Shown piece after piece: positions 20,419 through 30,702 of a DNA stretch of 64,000 bases; the stretch's first letter is position 1, and every line of letters starts with the position of its first letter. This DNA comes from a virus. Where the stretch lies: IMG/VR virus record IMGVR_UViG_3300033752_000161, positions 458 to 64,457 of that record, one strand, 5' to 3'. Under the pieces are notes generated by a model. The model saw only the letters and a list, made by a program, of their open reading frames with translations, made no database searches and was not told where the DNA came from. The translations under genes and the position numbers were made by a program.

Positions 20419-22185
20419 TTAGCGATAAAAGATTCCGGGTTTATCAAGGACTATTCGTTTCGCACGCGCCACGTTTTCGACCGCAAGCTGCAGCGCGTCA
20501 ATCGAGTCGACGTAGTCGCCGTGAGGATACTGCGCCATTTGATCGAGCAATATCGTATGGCTCCGATTGAAAACGAGCGTTTTATTATGACAAAGCGGCT
20601 CTAACGATTCAATCCGCTCCTCTTTCGAGGATTTGTGCGATTTGATATCGTTGAGCCGCGTTCGATAAATGCCGGCCTTTCGCAACGCTTCTTGTAATTG
20701 CCGATAAAACTCGTGCTGCGCCTGAATCGTTTCCACGCTGAATACGTTGTGTCGCCACTCGCGAATCTTATTGACGATTAGGTCGATGTAAACGTGCGGC
20801 TGCTCTTTCGACGCGTATTCGTCCAGCACGAAGATATGACCGGTTTTCTCGTATCGGCCAACCGTGATGACTGCGTTATAACAAGACCGCGAGTTCTTGC
20901 CCTGCGCAATGTCCCATGCGCCGCTAATCGTTAATTCATCGACAGGAATGCGCATGTCTTCGTACACAACGAATCTGCGCCCGTTGACGTATTCGAACCG
21001 GTAATAAGCGAAATTTTCCGGGAAGAAAAATTGCTCGTCTTCGCTGAACGCGAGGTTGCGAAACTCCGAATTGAAGGCGCGCGTTCCCATATTGACCTTT
21101 TCGTGCATAAGCGCACGGTACGTCCAGCGCCACGGCCACGCGAGAACTATACCGGCTTCGAGCGCGTCTTTATGCGCTTCGTAAAACGCGTCAGCCTCCG
21201 TCATATCGTCGAAACGCGCATAAATTTCGCAATATTCGTCCCACAATTTCGGATTATCCGGCTCTTTGACAACTGCGCCATGAAACGAAGCGCGGAAGTC
21301 TTTGCGTTTTAATACGTGGTTTAATAAGCCGGTTGCGCTGACCATCGTACCGACGAGGATTATCGCGGTCGATTGCGTCCCGATCGGCACGACAACCGAG
21401 TTAAACCAGTGTATGAGCTTTTCGCGCGCCTCTTTTGTGCCTTCGTTGTTTATCGACGACGGATCATCGACAATTACGAGGTCCGGCCGGTAGGAACCGT
21501 GGCGCTTACCGCGGAGTTGTTTACCGGACGATGACGCCTCGACCAGCGTATTTGACTGCGTGATAAAAAGTTCTTCGTTGTCCTTCTCGTTCTGCGTATT
21601 CTTTTCGTGCAGCAGCGGTCCGAAGTCCTCGCGCAGCTTGGCGTTAAATTTAAGCTGCTTATTTATCCAGCCGATCAACTTTTTTGATAGCGTATCGGTT
21701 TCGGAAATAACGAGAATATAGCGCCGCTTGCGATAAACGACTTGGTGCAACGGAAAAGCGTTCGAGAATACGCCGGATTTTGAGTGTCCCCGCGCGGCTG
21801 CGATTGCGAGGCGGGCGTTACGCTCTTCATGGTCAACGTAATCGCATAAATCGAAGAACTCGCGATGAATCTGCGCAATATCTTCGAGTGAATCGTGCGG
21901 CGTTCCGTCTTCTGCGTGCCGGATAATGTTATCTTCGTTGTGGGCGTTAAGCTCGTCGGATAGATATTCATAGGCGAAATAGGCGCTATCGTACTCGGCG
22001 CGATGAATCCGTTTAAGGCGCTTTAGCTCCGCCAAGTCCGCGCGCAATGTCTCAACGTGGTAATCCGTTGCGCGGCCGGCGTCATACAGCGCTCTTAACT
22101 TGCGGGCACGCTCCGTTATAAGGGATATACGCTCGGCCCGCTCATCGCGATTTAGCCAGCGACCGTCCACATAGGCCAAGCGCAA
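20419..22185 (-). CDS. terL: Terminase large subunit
   Basis: Walker A AARGHSKS, LRGKRHGSYRPDLVIVDD and nuclease motif DYVDSIDAL. Confidence 0.93.
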   Translation of the reverse strand: MRLAYVDGRWLNRDERAERISLITERARKLRALYDAGRATDYHVETLRADLAELKRLKRIHRAEYDSAYFAYEYLSDELNAHNEDNIIRHAEDGTPHDSLEDIAQIHREFFDLCDYVDHEERNARLAIAAARGHSKSGVFSNAFPLHQVVYRKRRYILVISETDTLSKKLIGWINKQLKFNAKLREDFGPLLHEKNTQNEKDNEELFITQSNTLVEASSSGKQLRGKRHGSYRPDLVIVDDPSSINNEGTKEAREKLIHWFNSVVVPIGTQSTAIILVGTMVSATGLLNHVLKRKDFRASFHGAVVKEPDNPKLWDEYCEIYARFDDMTEADAFYEAHKDALEAGIVLAWPWRWTYRALMHEKVNMGTRAFNSEFRNLAFSEDEQFFFPENFAYYRFEYVNGRRFVVYEDMRIPVDELTISGAWDIAQGKNSRSCYNAVITVGRYEKTGHIFVLDEYASKEQPHVYIDLIVNKIREWRHNVFSVETIQAQHEFYRQLQEALRKAGIYRTRLNDIKSHKSSKEERIESLEPLCHNKTLVFNRSHTILLDQMAQYPHGDYVDSIDALQLAVENVARAKRIVLDKPGIFYR

Positions 22186-22342
22186 TCACCTCCGTTAGAA
22201 TGATGTTGACGTAGTGTATGGCGGATCGCCGACTACCCACGGAATTTTCGGAGTAAGTTTATCGCCGAAATCCGTTTTTGTTATGGACATTTTGCGTTGA
22301 TACTCGATAATCTCATCTACCGTTCCTTCAACGGTGACTCCG

Positions 22343-22798
22343 TTAATTGTCGCTTTCATTGGCGTCATCTCCCGTCAATAAATCGTCAAGTTCTTCGAGA
22401 TCCTTCGCGATATCTTCGTTACTGCGGGAACTCCCGCCATCTTTCGTTTCCACGACTTGGCGCTCCGTTAACAATCCGTGGCGGCGCAAGTACAAGTCGA
22501 TCCCTTTAACGGAGGGCTGCGATCCTTCGATAAGCTTCATAAGCTGGCGATAGACAATCGCGCGCTTCGATTCGAGGAAATCGTCGCAGAGCAGATTCAC
22601 GTATTCGATAAACGCTTTGTTTTGCGTGCGCCACTTCCACAGTTCCTTTCGCGAGTATCCGATACGGTCCGCAATCTCGTCGTAAGTCAAGCGCGATTCC
22701 GTATCTTCGGCAAGTTCACGCTCCACACAGAGCAGCGCGGCCTCGCGTTGTTTAACGGTTAACTTCGCCTCTAGCGCTTTTTGTCTAGCGGTAGACAT
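22343..22798 (-). CDS. Terminase small subunit candidate (phBC6A51-type HTH)
   Basis: LTYDEIADRIGYSRKELWKWR HTH and PSVKGIDLY; upstream of terL. Confidence 0.78.
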   Translation of the reverse strand: MSTARQKALEAKLTVKQREAALLCVERELAEDTESRLTYDEIADRIGYSRKELWKWRTQNKAFIEYVNLLCDDFLESKRAIVYRQLMKLIEGSQPSVKGIDLYLRRHGLLTERQVVETKDGGSSRSNEDIAKDLEELDDLLTGDDANESDN

Positions 22799-23590
22799 GT
22801 GCGTCCTCCTTCCGTATGGTTTTCGCTTAAAATTAGCGTTGAATTAGCGCGGTTTAGCGTTAGGCAATGGTTTTATACCTTCGGGAGATGAAAGGCGCTA
22901 AATCAACGGTAAAATTAACGCCCTGACTTCGAAAAATTGTGCGCTAATTCCGTACGGCTGACGAGGGGGTACGGACCGCCCGCCTGGGGGTCTGCGCCAA
23001 ATCACCGCGTTGATTCGCTGACATATGCACAAAATTCTTATTTTACGCATATCTCCGTTCGCATGCGATATCGCCGTAAACCCGCGCCATTATTGCGTTT
23101 TATCGCGATCGATACGAACACTTTCGCATGTAATCAGCGCTAATTCAGCGATTATGCAGCGCTATGCACTCGTTTATTCACCGAAACCCCGTGAGTTTTG
23201 CGCGGTCTTCCGGTCCGCGCCGTCCAGCCGATGTCCCCGTAACCGCACGCTACGTCCACGCTAACCGCGCGCTTCATATGATGCGGCGGGAAATTGGCGT
23301 TAAATTGTAGCGGTAACATTAGCGTTAAATTTCGCTGCGTAATCGCCATACTCACGAATTTCGTGAATATGCGGGTAAAGCGGATATTGACGCCTACATG
23401 AACAATCTTCTTTGAGGAACTTCATGAGAAGCAATCAGGCCTGCCGGCCCCGTCCGTCGCTTCGCTCCGTCCGGACTTATAGTGTATATGACGCTAATAT
23501 TACGCTTATAAAAGATCAGCGTAGAAATGTATTATTGGCACGAGGCGGGCGCTTTTCCCGCCGAAGTCCGGCGCTAGCCGGTTACACTCG

Positions 23591-23785
23591 TTAGACCATC
23601 GATGGATTAACGAAATCTCTTCGCTCTCCGTTGCCGAACGCCTCGCAGCGCATTACGAATCCAGCGCGAGTAAGCTCCTGCATAACGCTAGCGTCCTCGT
23701 TAATCAATTCCGCTAGTTCCTCTTGCGTTAAGTGACGAATAAGGCCGCCTCTGCTCTCGTTAGGATTTGCGCAAAGATAATAACG
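23591..23785 (-). pseudogene. Remnant of a RepL-like initiator C-terminus
   Basis: YLCANPNE...IRHLTQEELAELI...FVNPSM parallels LVCDDPF...IRFLSDKEIGQIV...LNPYVF of the adjacent gene; no convincing start. Confidence 0.45.
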
Positions 23786-23895
23786 CGATCCCTTCCGTTT
23801 TTTAACGCTGTATAAGATAAGAATCAATTTTCCGTTTTTGACGCTAAAAAGTGCCGCAAACCCTTGCGGGACGCGGCTTTCCGCGTTTTTATCAA

Positions 23896-23950
23896 CGTGC
23901 AAAAAAGGGTACCTATTTGGCCGATTTCGTGCAAAAAAGGGTACCTATTT
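23896..23950. repeat. Two perfect 23-bp direct repeats CGTGCAAAAAAGGGTACCTATTT (period 32), iteron-like
   Basis: Copies at 23896-23918 and 23928-23950, overlapping the end of the RepL-like gene. Confidence 0.8.
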
Positions 23951-24787
23951 TTTGTTCGCGAAGAGTGCCCGCAGCATTCCGTCAGGCTCCCCTTGTTTGC
24001 GATAGAAAACGTAAGGGTTCAACGCTGTGAACTTTTTGCGCTTATCATCTGCGTCAATCCATTCGCCAATAATCCGCGCTTTCCGCAACCTGGCGAGAGC
24101 CTCTTTCGTTTTCGTCTCGGACATTCCGACGATCTGGCCGATTTCCTTATCGCTAAGAAAGCGGATATCCTGCGGTTCGGCGAAAGGATCATCGCAGACA
24201 AGATTCGTATCATAGTGGATATACGGTAGAAGCTTGTATACGAATCCGAGGTCGGCCGCGTTCATATTAAACGATTTCAGCGTTGTGAAATACGTTTTAA
24301 TCAGCGCTTCAACGTCGCTCGCCGCTTTCTTGCGGAAGTGGTAGCGATCGTTAACCGAGAACATTCCGCCTGTCTCGAATAGAATGCTGCGCGCCTCTAA
24401 TTCGCTGACTACTGCGCGAGCCGTGCGCTTGCTGACGCTCCAGATCCGCGCCAAGTCATCGATAGTTAGCGGAGTACCTTCGCGCCCCTCTTTTACGAGG
24501 AGATTCGTTTTAAACGCAACGTGCGGCTGAATCAGCAGAATGTACCCGCAGTATTTATTCGATAAGTCCCGCGTAATCTCGCGGATATTTTGCATATGCG
24601 AAAACGAAAAATAGCGCTTATCCCTAGCGAGGGACTTGCGCTTCCTTCGTGCTTCTATTCGTTCGAGTTGCGTGTACTGATAAATACGGCCAGCGTCATC
24701 TCTACCGTATCGCTTGCTAATCGGGGTTATATTGCCAATTGGCTCCCCGTTGAGAACGCGACGGGCACGCAAGGCATGCTCTTTCAA
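23945..24787 (-). CDS. RepL-like replication initiator / HTH DNA-binding protein
   Basis: Two HTH-like segments and the C-terminal LNPYVFYR motif; iterons at the 3' end. Confidence 0.6.
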   Translation of the reverse strand: MKEHALRARRVLNGEPIGNITPISKRYGRDDAGRIYQYTQLERIEARRKRKSLARDKRYFSFSHMQNIREITRDLSNKYCGYILLIQPHVAFKTNLLVKEGREGTPLTIDDLARIWSVSKRTARAVVSELEARSILFETGGMFSVNDRYHFRKKAASDVEALIKTYFTTLKSFNMNAADLGFVYKLLPYIHYDTNLVCDDPFAEPQDIRFLSDKEIGQIVGMSETKTKEALARLRKARIIGEWIDADDKRKKFTALNPYVFYRKQGEPDGMLRALFANKK

Positions 24788-25065
24788 ACGCTGGCACCGC
24801 CTTTCTTGCGAAGCCTATCCGTTATTTCCCGCACAATTGCGTCGACGTCGTCGGATTTCACCGAAAAACATTGTTCCCCGCTAATCTGTACGATTTCAGC
24901 GCATTTAGCGCGTTTGTCGAGGTAATCCGAATAGGCAGTCGACATTTCCGCCAGTTCCGCAGCCGCCTTCCGTGCTTCGCGTTGGAGCGCCTTAAGCCCC
25001 CGCAAAGCCTCCGATACATCAACATTAACCTTTACGCTTAATCCGCTAGACTTTTCGTCAGCCAT
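24784..25065 (-). CDS. Hypothetical protein
   Basis: AGGGG RBS; VDVSEALRGLKALQREA. Confidence 0.6.
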   Translation of the reverse strand: MADEKSSGLSVKVNVDVSEALRGLKALQREARKAAAELAEMSTAYSDYLDKRAKCAEIVQISGEQCFSVKSDDVDAIVREITDRLRKKGGASV

Positions 25066-25272
25066 TTACAACGTCCCCTTTTCGCTGAAAATAAAAAAAG
25101 CGCCCGTTATGGACGCTACAGTATTTCTCACATCTATTATCGTGACAAATATAAAAAAGCAAGGAAATTTACGTAAGTTTATCGAACATATTTTTCATTT
25201 TTTATACTCTCATTTGCGCCTATGCGCTTGGTTTTATTTTATTTTATCCTATAAAAACAGTAATTTATAAGG

Positions 25273-25545
25273 TTATTTCTTCTCTAAAATATTCAAAAGC
25301 TCGGGAATTGTTTTGACTTTTGCAACTTCCAGAATATTGATTATATCTTGTTCGCTTTCGTTGGCTAGTGCTTCCCAATGTTTCGCTTTTTCTTTATACC
25401 ATTCCAATTCTTTTCTAAGTGCCAAAATATATTTATCGTTTGTGTTCATTGATAAAGCTTGATTCAATATTTCGTCACGTTGTCTTTTGAATACATCACT
25501 TCTTTGTTGTTCTGCACGCAACCAACTTTGTCCATACAATGCCAT
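25273..25545 (-). CDS. Hypothetical coiled-coil protein, low GC
   Basis: RBS before ATG 25545; AT-rich island. Confidence 0.5.
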   Translation of the reverse strand: MALYGQSWLRAEQQRSDVFKRQRDEILNQALSMNTNDKYILALRKELEWYKEKAKHWEALANESEQDIINILEVAKVKTIPELLNILEKK

Positions 25546-25704
25546 TTTGTAAAACCCCCTCATGTATTGACTTTATTTACTTATTATCACACACTACGTT
25601 TATTTTGCGGAAACCAGTGTAATACGTGTTAATCGTTAAGGAGGCGAATCTTGAATTTGCGCTAAACCATCGCTATAATACGAATATACGTTCTTATTAG
25701 CGAG

Positions 25705-26052
25705 GTGGACGCGTTGAATAAATTAACGCCAGGATCGAATTTACGATGGGAAGCGTCGCGCATGATGTTGCCCGAGCACGTTGAGCGCATACAGGAGTAC
25801 CGCAGAGAGCGCTTGAGACGCGAAAAGCCCGCTCTTGACGAGCAGGCGTTAGAGGAAATCGCTAGAATTATCGCTGAATCCACGCAGACCGGCGAAGATA
25901 TCAGCGTGCGTGTCTTCGATCCTTTCGAGGACATCGAAGTTACGGGACACGTGGCGCGAATCGACCATTATCAGCGGCGATTCCTACTTGTTCACGGCGG
26001 CCAGCGGACGTGGGTTTCGTTTAGCGACGTGATAGGCGTTAACCAGCGTTGA
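25705..26052 (+). CDS. YolD-like protein
   Basis: WEASRMMLPEHVERI and KPALDEQALEEI motifs. Confidence 0.8.
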   Translation: MDALNKLTPGSNLRWEASRMMLPEHVERIQEYRRERLRREKPALDEQALEEIARIIAESTQTGEDISVRVFDPFEDIEVTGHVARIDHYQRRFLLVHGGQRTWVSFSDVIGVNQR

Positions 26053-26073
26053 TTAATTGGTGGGCTACTAATT

Positions 26074-26274
26074 CTATCTCCAAATTGTACAATCACTGGA
26101 ATCTACCCAGGACTTCGGGGCGCCTTCCCACCTGACCAAAATATCTTGACCAAATTTATAGTTGTAAATCTCTTCTACTTCTCCTTTATCGCCATAAACC
26201 AAGCCGCCATCTTCATAACTTGTGCTAATCAACTCGACATAATCTCCAACTTCAAAAAGGTTAATGGTTTTCAT
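26074..26274 (-). CDS. Hypothetical small beta-barrel protein
   Basis: FEVGDYVEL...GDKGEV...ILVRW. Confidence 0.55.
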   Translation of the reverse strand: MKTINLFEVGDYVELISTSYEDGGLVYGDKGEVEEIYNYKFGQDILVRWEGAPKSWVDSSDCTIWR

Positions 26275-26905
26275 TTATTGATCTCCTCTCAAGAATTGTT
26301 GGTCTAATAGCATACTTATAAGCGTTAACCAGCGCTAATATATCGTCAATCCTCGCGTCAGTGTAGACGAGTGATAACTCGTTGGCCCACCGTTCGCCCA
26401 ATCCGCGGCAAGCCACGAAATCATCGCCGAGCTCCCCGTCGGTATCCCGCAGATTATACGTCTTAATTTCGCCGGGCGACGTATCTTTCTTATATTGGGC
26501 GGCGCTCTCCTTATTGCGGATCTTGGCGTGGTAGTCTACGTACCAATTTTCGTAATTATTGCGCCTCCTTCGTGTCGGTACACGGTGATTTCGCCCGTCT
26601 GTGCCTTCGTAATGGGCCGCATGCGACGGCGCTTCCCGGTTGTGGCGGCGCTGCAGTTGTTGGTCGCCCATAAACGGATATTCGTTATGAGTGATTTTAT
26701 ATGAGTCCGTATCCGTCAACTCCTCCCGCAAAATGTAATCGGTCAATCGCTCCAATTGCGCTCCATCCGGCCGCTTGCCTACGCTATCGACGTAAGCGTC
26801 AATCAGCGCATGGACGGCGGCTATTCTTTCCGTTCGGTCTGCGATTCCCTCCGCGATAAGATCCGTTACTGCTGCCGCAAATTCCGCTTTGTAGTCGTTA
26901 TTCAT
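26261..26905 (-). CDS. Hypothetical protein
   Basis: RBS; QLERLTDYILREELTD...EYPF. Confidence 0.65.
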   Translation of the reverse strand: MNNDYKAEFAAAVTDLIAEGIADRTERIAAVHALIDAYVDSVGKRPDGAQLERLTDYILREELTDTDSYKITHNEYPFMGDQQLQRRHNREAPSHAAHYEGTDGRNHRVPTRRRRNNYENWYVDYHAKIRNKESAAQYKKDTSPGEIKTYNLRDTDGELGDDFVACRGLGERWANELSLVYTDARIDDILALVNAYKYAIRPTILERRSINENH

Positions 26906-27293
26906 TGGCCGCGCCCTCCTCGTCAAATTCGATGGTTACGTCGTCGTATTTCCACCAGCGATAAATTCGCGCTATCTTCGCATAGGCTGTATCGAGGGCC
27001 TGTGCCACCGCTTGTCGCGTAATTCCGAGCTCGGCTGCTGCGTCGCTTTGCGTCAGGTCCAATCCGTGAACCAACGTAATCGCCAGCGCTTGGCGATCGG
27101 TAATTCGCGCCATGGCGATCGCTTTATCGAGGTCAAGCAGAATATCGGACGCCGCCGTATCGCCTTTAAAGCGGCGTTCGCCAATTCGGTGGCGGTCACG
27201 CAAAAGCTGCGCAACGCCTTCCGGCGAGCTTAGCGAGTAAGTTTGCGTTAACTTGCGTTCCTTGGCGCTGATATCGATTTTAACGTGTCCGAT
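26898..27293 (-). CDS. Sigma-70 region-4-like HTH regulator; predicted ATC start
   Basis: ITDRQALAI...LTQSDAAAELGITRQAV HTH; AAAGGAG precedes ATC ATC GGA CAC. Confidence 0.7.
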   Translation of the reverse strand: MGHVKIDISAKERKLTQTYSLSSPEGVAQLLRDRHRIGERRFKGDTAASDILLDLDKAIAMARITDRQALAITLVHGLDLTQSDAAAELGITRQAVAQALDTAYAKIARIYRWWKYDDVTIEFDEEGAANE

Positions 27294-27369
27294 GATAATC
27301 GACTCCTTTGCGTTGTATTCTCCGTCCATCTTGCGTATAATTAACGTAAAAAGCGTTAGAGGTGAAAAT

Positions 27370-27753
27370 ATGCCGTTAGTTCCGTTTAGCAATAGCACGC
27401 GCGGGGATAAATTTGTAACGGTGGATCGGCTCGGCCGCTTGTGCCTATCGGTGGGCCTGCGCCGTGAACTCGATTGCCTGACGTCGCCTATCGAACTGTA
27501 CGTCGCGTACGATAAGGTGAATCAGCGCATTGGCCTTGCGAAGACACACGTTGTTCGCCTCGTTGGCGTGCGGCCATACCGATTCGATAGGACGCGCGGC
27601 TATGCGTATGCGCGGAATTTCCTGAAAGCGAACCAGATTCCGCACGGCGAGCCCCGCCGCTACAATTACATCGGACGGGAAGATCCGGGATGGCTTACGT
27701 TTCAACTTGCGGGATACGTTGCGCCGGATCAGCCGGAACTTCCGGAGATTTAA
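27370..27753 (+). CDS. Hypothetical protein
   Basis: GAGGTG RBS before ATG 27370. Confidence 0.6.
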   Translation: MPLVPFSNSTRGDKFVTVDRLGRLCLSVGLRRELDCLTSPIELYVAYDKVNQRIGLAKTHVVRLVGVRPYRFDRTRGYAYARNFLKANQIPHGEPRRYNYIGREDPGWLTFQLAGYVAPDQPELPEI

Positions 27754-27895
27754 ACCGTTGGCCCGGCGTGCGGCTATCATAGGGCTTCCGTTTCATTTCG
27801 TCGATTCGGCCGTACATATAGCCCGCCTCGTAGCCGCGCCGGTAGGCTTCCAGCGGAGTTTCCGCATATACCTGCGTGAATTTAACCTCGCTCAA
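27695..27895 (-). CDS. Hypothetical protein
   Basis: In operon order; GGAGG RBS with TTG. Confidence 0.45.
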   Translation of the reverse strand: MSEVKFTQVYAETPLEAYRRGYEAGYMYGRIDEMKRKPYDSRTPGQRFKSPEVPADPAQRIPQVET

Positions 27896-28454
27896 TTCCG
27901 ATCGCCTCCATTATCGCGTCAATCTGCGCGTGTAATTCGCTGAGCGCGCCGCTATTGTCGATTTCGTAATCGACCGTGAATATATCCACGTGGCGCTCGG
28001 TTTCATGCGCAATGTCCGCGTCGGTGAAATCGTCTCCAGCGGACCGAGCGCGTGCTAGACGGATATCGTCCGGACAGTTTATGCGGATGATAACGAATCC
28101 CTCGGAGCGGCAGCGGTCGCATTCGTTAGGCTGGCGGAGATCCGTGATGACGGCGCGGAATTCATCCGGGTCCTCCTCGTAATCAACGCGGTTGTAATGG
28201 CAGCGCGCGATGGCTTCGAAACACTTCCGCACCCATACGTCAGGGTCTCGCTGCCTCATCGTTTGTCCGAACCATTGGTACAGCTCGCGAGGCTTTGACG
28301 CAGAATCGACATCGAATAACTCGTGGGCGTAGCGCTTCAATTCGTCACCGAACGCGAATCGCGTGTATCCGTAATTGGCGCAGAGATAGCGGCCGACCGA
28401 GTCCTTTCCCGATCGGAATTTACCGGTTAGGGCGATGTTCGGTATGTCGTTCAC
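27882..28454 (-). CDS. dNMP kinase-like P-loop protein
   Basis: IALTGKFRSGKDSV, ITDLRQPNE and HETE motifs. Confidence 0.82.
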   Translation of the reverse strand: MNDIPNIALTGKFRSGKDSVGRYLCANYGYTRFAFGDELKRYAHELFDVDSASKPRELYQWFGQTMRQRDPDVWVRKCFEAIARCHYNRVDYEEDPDEFRAVITDLRQPNECDRCRSEGFVIIRINCPDDIRLARARSAGDDFTDADIAHETERHVDIFTVDYEIDNSGALSELHAQIDAIMEAIGIERG

Positions 28455-28807
28455 TTCGCGTCACATTCCCCTTTTTTCGCGACGTAACCAACGTTAAAGG
28501 CGCTGTTTCCCTTCGTCATCTTAATCCGCTCACCAATCCGTGCTTTCCGCCTGACTTCGCGGTACTCGCGTTCCACACTGCCGAGGGATTCGTCGGGTAA
28601 TACGGTTGTCATACTTGCGTCCTCCTCCGAGATAATTTCGCAATCCTTAGCGTAGACAATATGCGTCGTGTCATCGTCATTTTTCGGATGTGCTACGGGA
28701 TATACGTCAGCGCCGTCCGGAATACGCGGCCCCATTACGTTTTCGAGAACGTCGAACACTTCGCCAGCAACGTACCAATGACGGGAATTTGTTACGCGGA
28801 TTTTCAT
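28451..28807 (-). CDS. Hypothetical protein sharing the YREV.R.A..GERI motif with ORF 43670-44620
   Basis: EYREVRRKARIGERIK versus QYREVKRPAKVGERIR. Confidence 0.55.
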   Translation of the reverse strand: MKIRVTNSRHWYVAGEVFDVLENVMGPRIPDGADVYPVAHPKNDDDTTHIVYAKDCEIISEEDASMTTVLPDESLGSVEREYREVRRKARIGERIKMTKGNSAFNVGYVAKKGECDAK

Positions 28808-29254
28808 TCAATCGTCTCCTTTACGGATAATTTCGACTTTCAATCTCTGGCGTCCGAATTGTAACGCCGCCTTTTTCGTCGTCATGTACAAGTCGATGTG
28901 CCTGCCGCGTATTCTCCCGCCTCTGTCCGTGCAAGTCCGCCGCCCTACGCCCTCAATACGCAGCTCCGTTCCAAACGGTAGTTCGCGAGGGCACGCCGCT
29001 GTGTACCCGGCCTTCACGCGTTCGCCTGACGCTGTGATCCCGTGGCTCGGCGTATAATCGTCGCCAACGGTATATGCGGTGATTACGTAGGTTTCGGTGG
29101 GCGGCGGTGGTGGCGGTGGTGGTTCCGGCTCTGGCGACGTAGCGTCTACTTGCGGTAAATTTAGCGTTAAAGGTAAACGTGCGGGCGGTGCATGCGCGAT
29201 GTTGGCGAAGAGTGTTAGCGCAAGGACAATGACAAAGGCGCTAAGCCTCGTCAA
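28808..29254 (-). CDS. 3D-domain (lytic transglycosylase-like) secreted protein
   Basis: Signal peptide, poly-Pro linker, and ITAY, GITASG, LPFGT and DRGG..GRHIDLY motifs. Confidence 0.85.
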   Translation of the reverse strand: MTRLSAFVIVLALTLFANIAHAPPARLPLTLNLPQVDATSPEPEPPPPPPPPTETYVITAYTVGDDYTPSHGITASGERVKAGYTAACPRELPFGTELRIEGVGRRTCTDRGGRIRGRHIDLYMTTKKAALQFGRQRLKVEIIRKGDD

Positions 29255-29990
29255 AAAACCTCATTGTCCATGCGTCTACTTTCGTTATCTCTTCGCGTAA
29301 CTTTTCGGCAAGATCAGCGATCTCCCATTGCCCGCCCCGCCCGGGCTTGCGTTTACCGTAAAATTCGAGGATCGCGCGGAGATTCGCGGTCATAACGAGA
29401 TTGCATGCGGCGGCATTCGGTAGGACCATTCGGGCGTCTTCGGGCGGGACTCCGGCTTTTCGTAATAGATCGTAGTACATTTGCGCGAATTCCATAGCGC
29501 GCTTGAATACTTCCGTTGCCGTATCGCAAGCTAATGGACTATACGCTTTGCCTTCGAGTGAGTCCGGCATCACATAATCGAAGCCTCCGCTCTTATCCGC
29601 GCTGCCGAATCGCACATAGCGCTGACTCTGCACGCTGAACGAAAATTGGCGGTGCCGCGTTAGTTGCGCCAGTAACGCTCTGCTAACGCCTTCGACGGCG
29701 AATGTGTACGTGATATGCTCCAACGTAGAGGTATGGCGGCTGCGGAAAATGTGACGGAACAATCGGTCGGCGTCCGTTCCTCCCTCGCCGTCAGTCGCTT
29801 CCGAACCGAAGTATTTAGCGCCTTCTAGCGGAAGGATCTCCGTCGGTTTATTGGCGCTGTAGCACGTACGAATCGCGGTGAGAGCGACGGCGGCGCGATC
29901 GAGTCCGTCATACACGCCCGCCCCTTCGCGAAGTAATTCCGTTTGAAAATCGTCGGCAAGCGTGGTGTATGCGATAAGTTTAACGTTCAT
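29241..29990 (-). CDS. thyX: FAD-dependent thymidylate synthase
   Basis: HTSTLEH and QLTRHRQFSFSVQSQRY motifs. Confidence 0.95.
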   Translation of the reverse strand: MNVKLIAYTTLADDFQTELLREGAGVYDGLDRAAVALTAIRTCYSANKPTEILPLEGAKYFGSEATDGEGGTDADRLFRHIFRSRHTSTLEHITYTFAVEGVSRALLAQLTRHRQFSFSVQSQRYVRFGSADKSGGFDYVMPDSLEGKAYSPLACDTATEVFKRAMEFAQMYYDLLRKAGVPPEDARMVLPNAAACNLVMTANLRAILEFYGKRKPGRGGQWEIADLAEKLREEITKVDAWTMRFFDEA

Positions 29991-30190
29991 TCATCGTCCT
30001 CCTCTTTCGTTATCGTTATTTTCACGATTCCGACGAGTATCATCGGCAACCAAAACAGCGCAATGATTACTGCTGCGATTGCGATTGCCTTTTCGCCGAC
30101 CAACGTTTTTAACTCGGAAAAGTCACCGTATTTCACAGCCAGGAGCGCGAGTATTGCGCCGATGATGATATAAACGTTGAATATGATCAT
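29987..30190 (-). CDS. Small membrane protein
   Basis: Two hydrophobic helices; coupled start and stop. Confidence 0.55.
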   Translation of the reverse strand: MIIFNVYIIIGAILALLAVKYGDFSELKTLVGEKAIAIAAVIIALFWLPMILVGIVKITITKEEDDE

Positions 30191-30696
30191 TCAACGCCCA
30201 CCTCCGCTTTTACTCCTGTACTCCCGAGACCTCCCGCGCCCCTCTCCGTTTCGCTCAATTCGCTAACCTCTTCAAAAGCCGCCCGGTAGACTGGCGCGAT
30301 AACGCCTTGCGCGATTCGGTCACCTTTACGGATAATGTACGTTCCTTCCCGGTTCGCCGTAATGTTCCACTGTGACGGATGACGGAGAAAGAAACGCGGA
30401 TGAGGCTTCGAAATGTTATCGATAATCACCGCAACTTCCCCGCGAAAATCGGCGTCGACCGTGCCCGGCGAATTAGCTACGCGCAGCTTCGTTTTAAGCG
30501 AAATACCCGAGCGCGGCCGTATCTGCAATTCGTAGCCGGACGGGATTTCGAACGCCAGCCCCGTGCGTACAAGCTTCGTCTCGCCTGGCGCAATAATTAC
30601 GTCCTCACACGCTACCAAATCGAAGCCGGCCGATCCCTCCGTTGCGTATTGCGGTATGCGTGCGTCTTCGTGTAATTTGCGTATTTTAACGTCCAT
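30187..30696 (-). CDS. dut: Trimeric dUTPase
   Basis: AGFDL, RPRSG, GTVDADFRGE, RIAQ and RGAGGLGSTG motifs. Confidence 0.95.
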   Translation of the reverse strand: MDVKIRKLHEDARIPQYATEGSAGFDLVACEDVIIAPGETKLVRTGLAFEIPSGYELQIRPRSGISLKTKLRVANSPGTVDADFRGEVAVIIDNISKPHPRFFLRHPSQWNITANREGTYIIRKGDRIAQGVIAPVYRAAFEEVSELSETERGAGGLGSTGVKAEVGVE

Positions 30697-30702
30697 TCAT
30701 CG

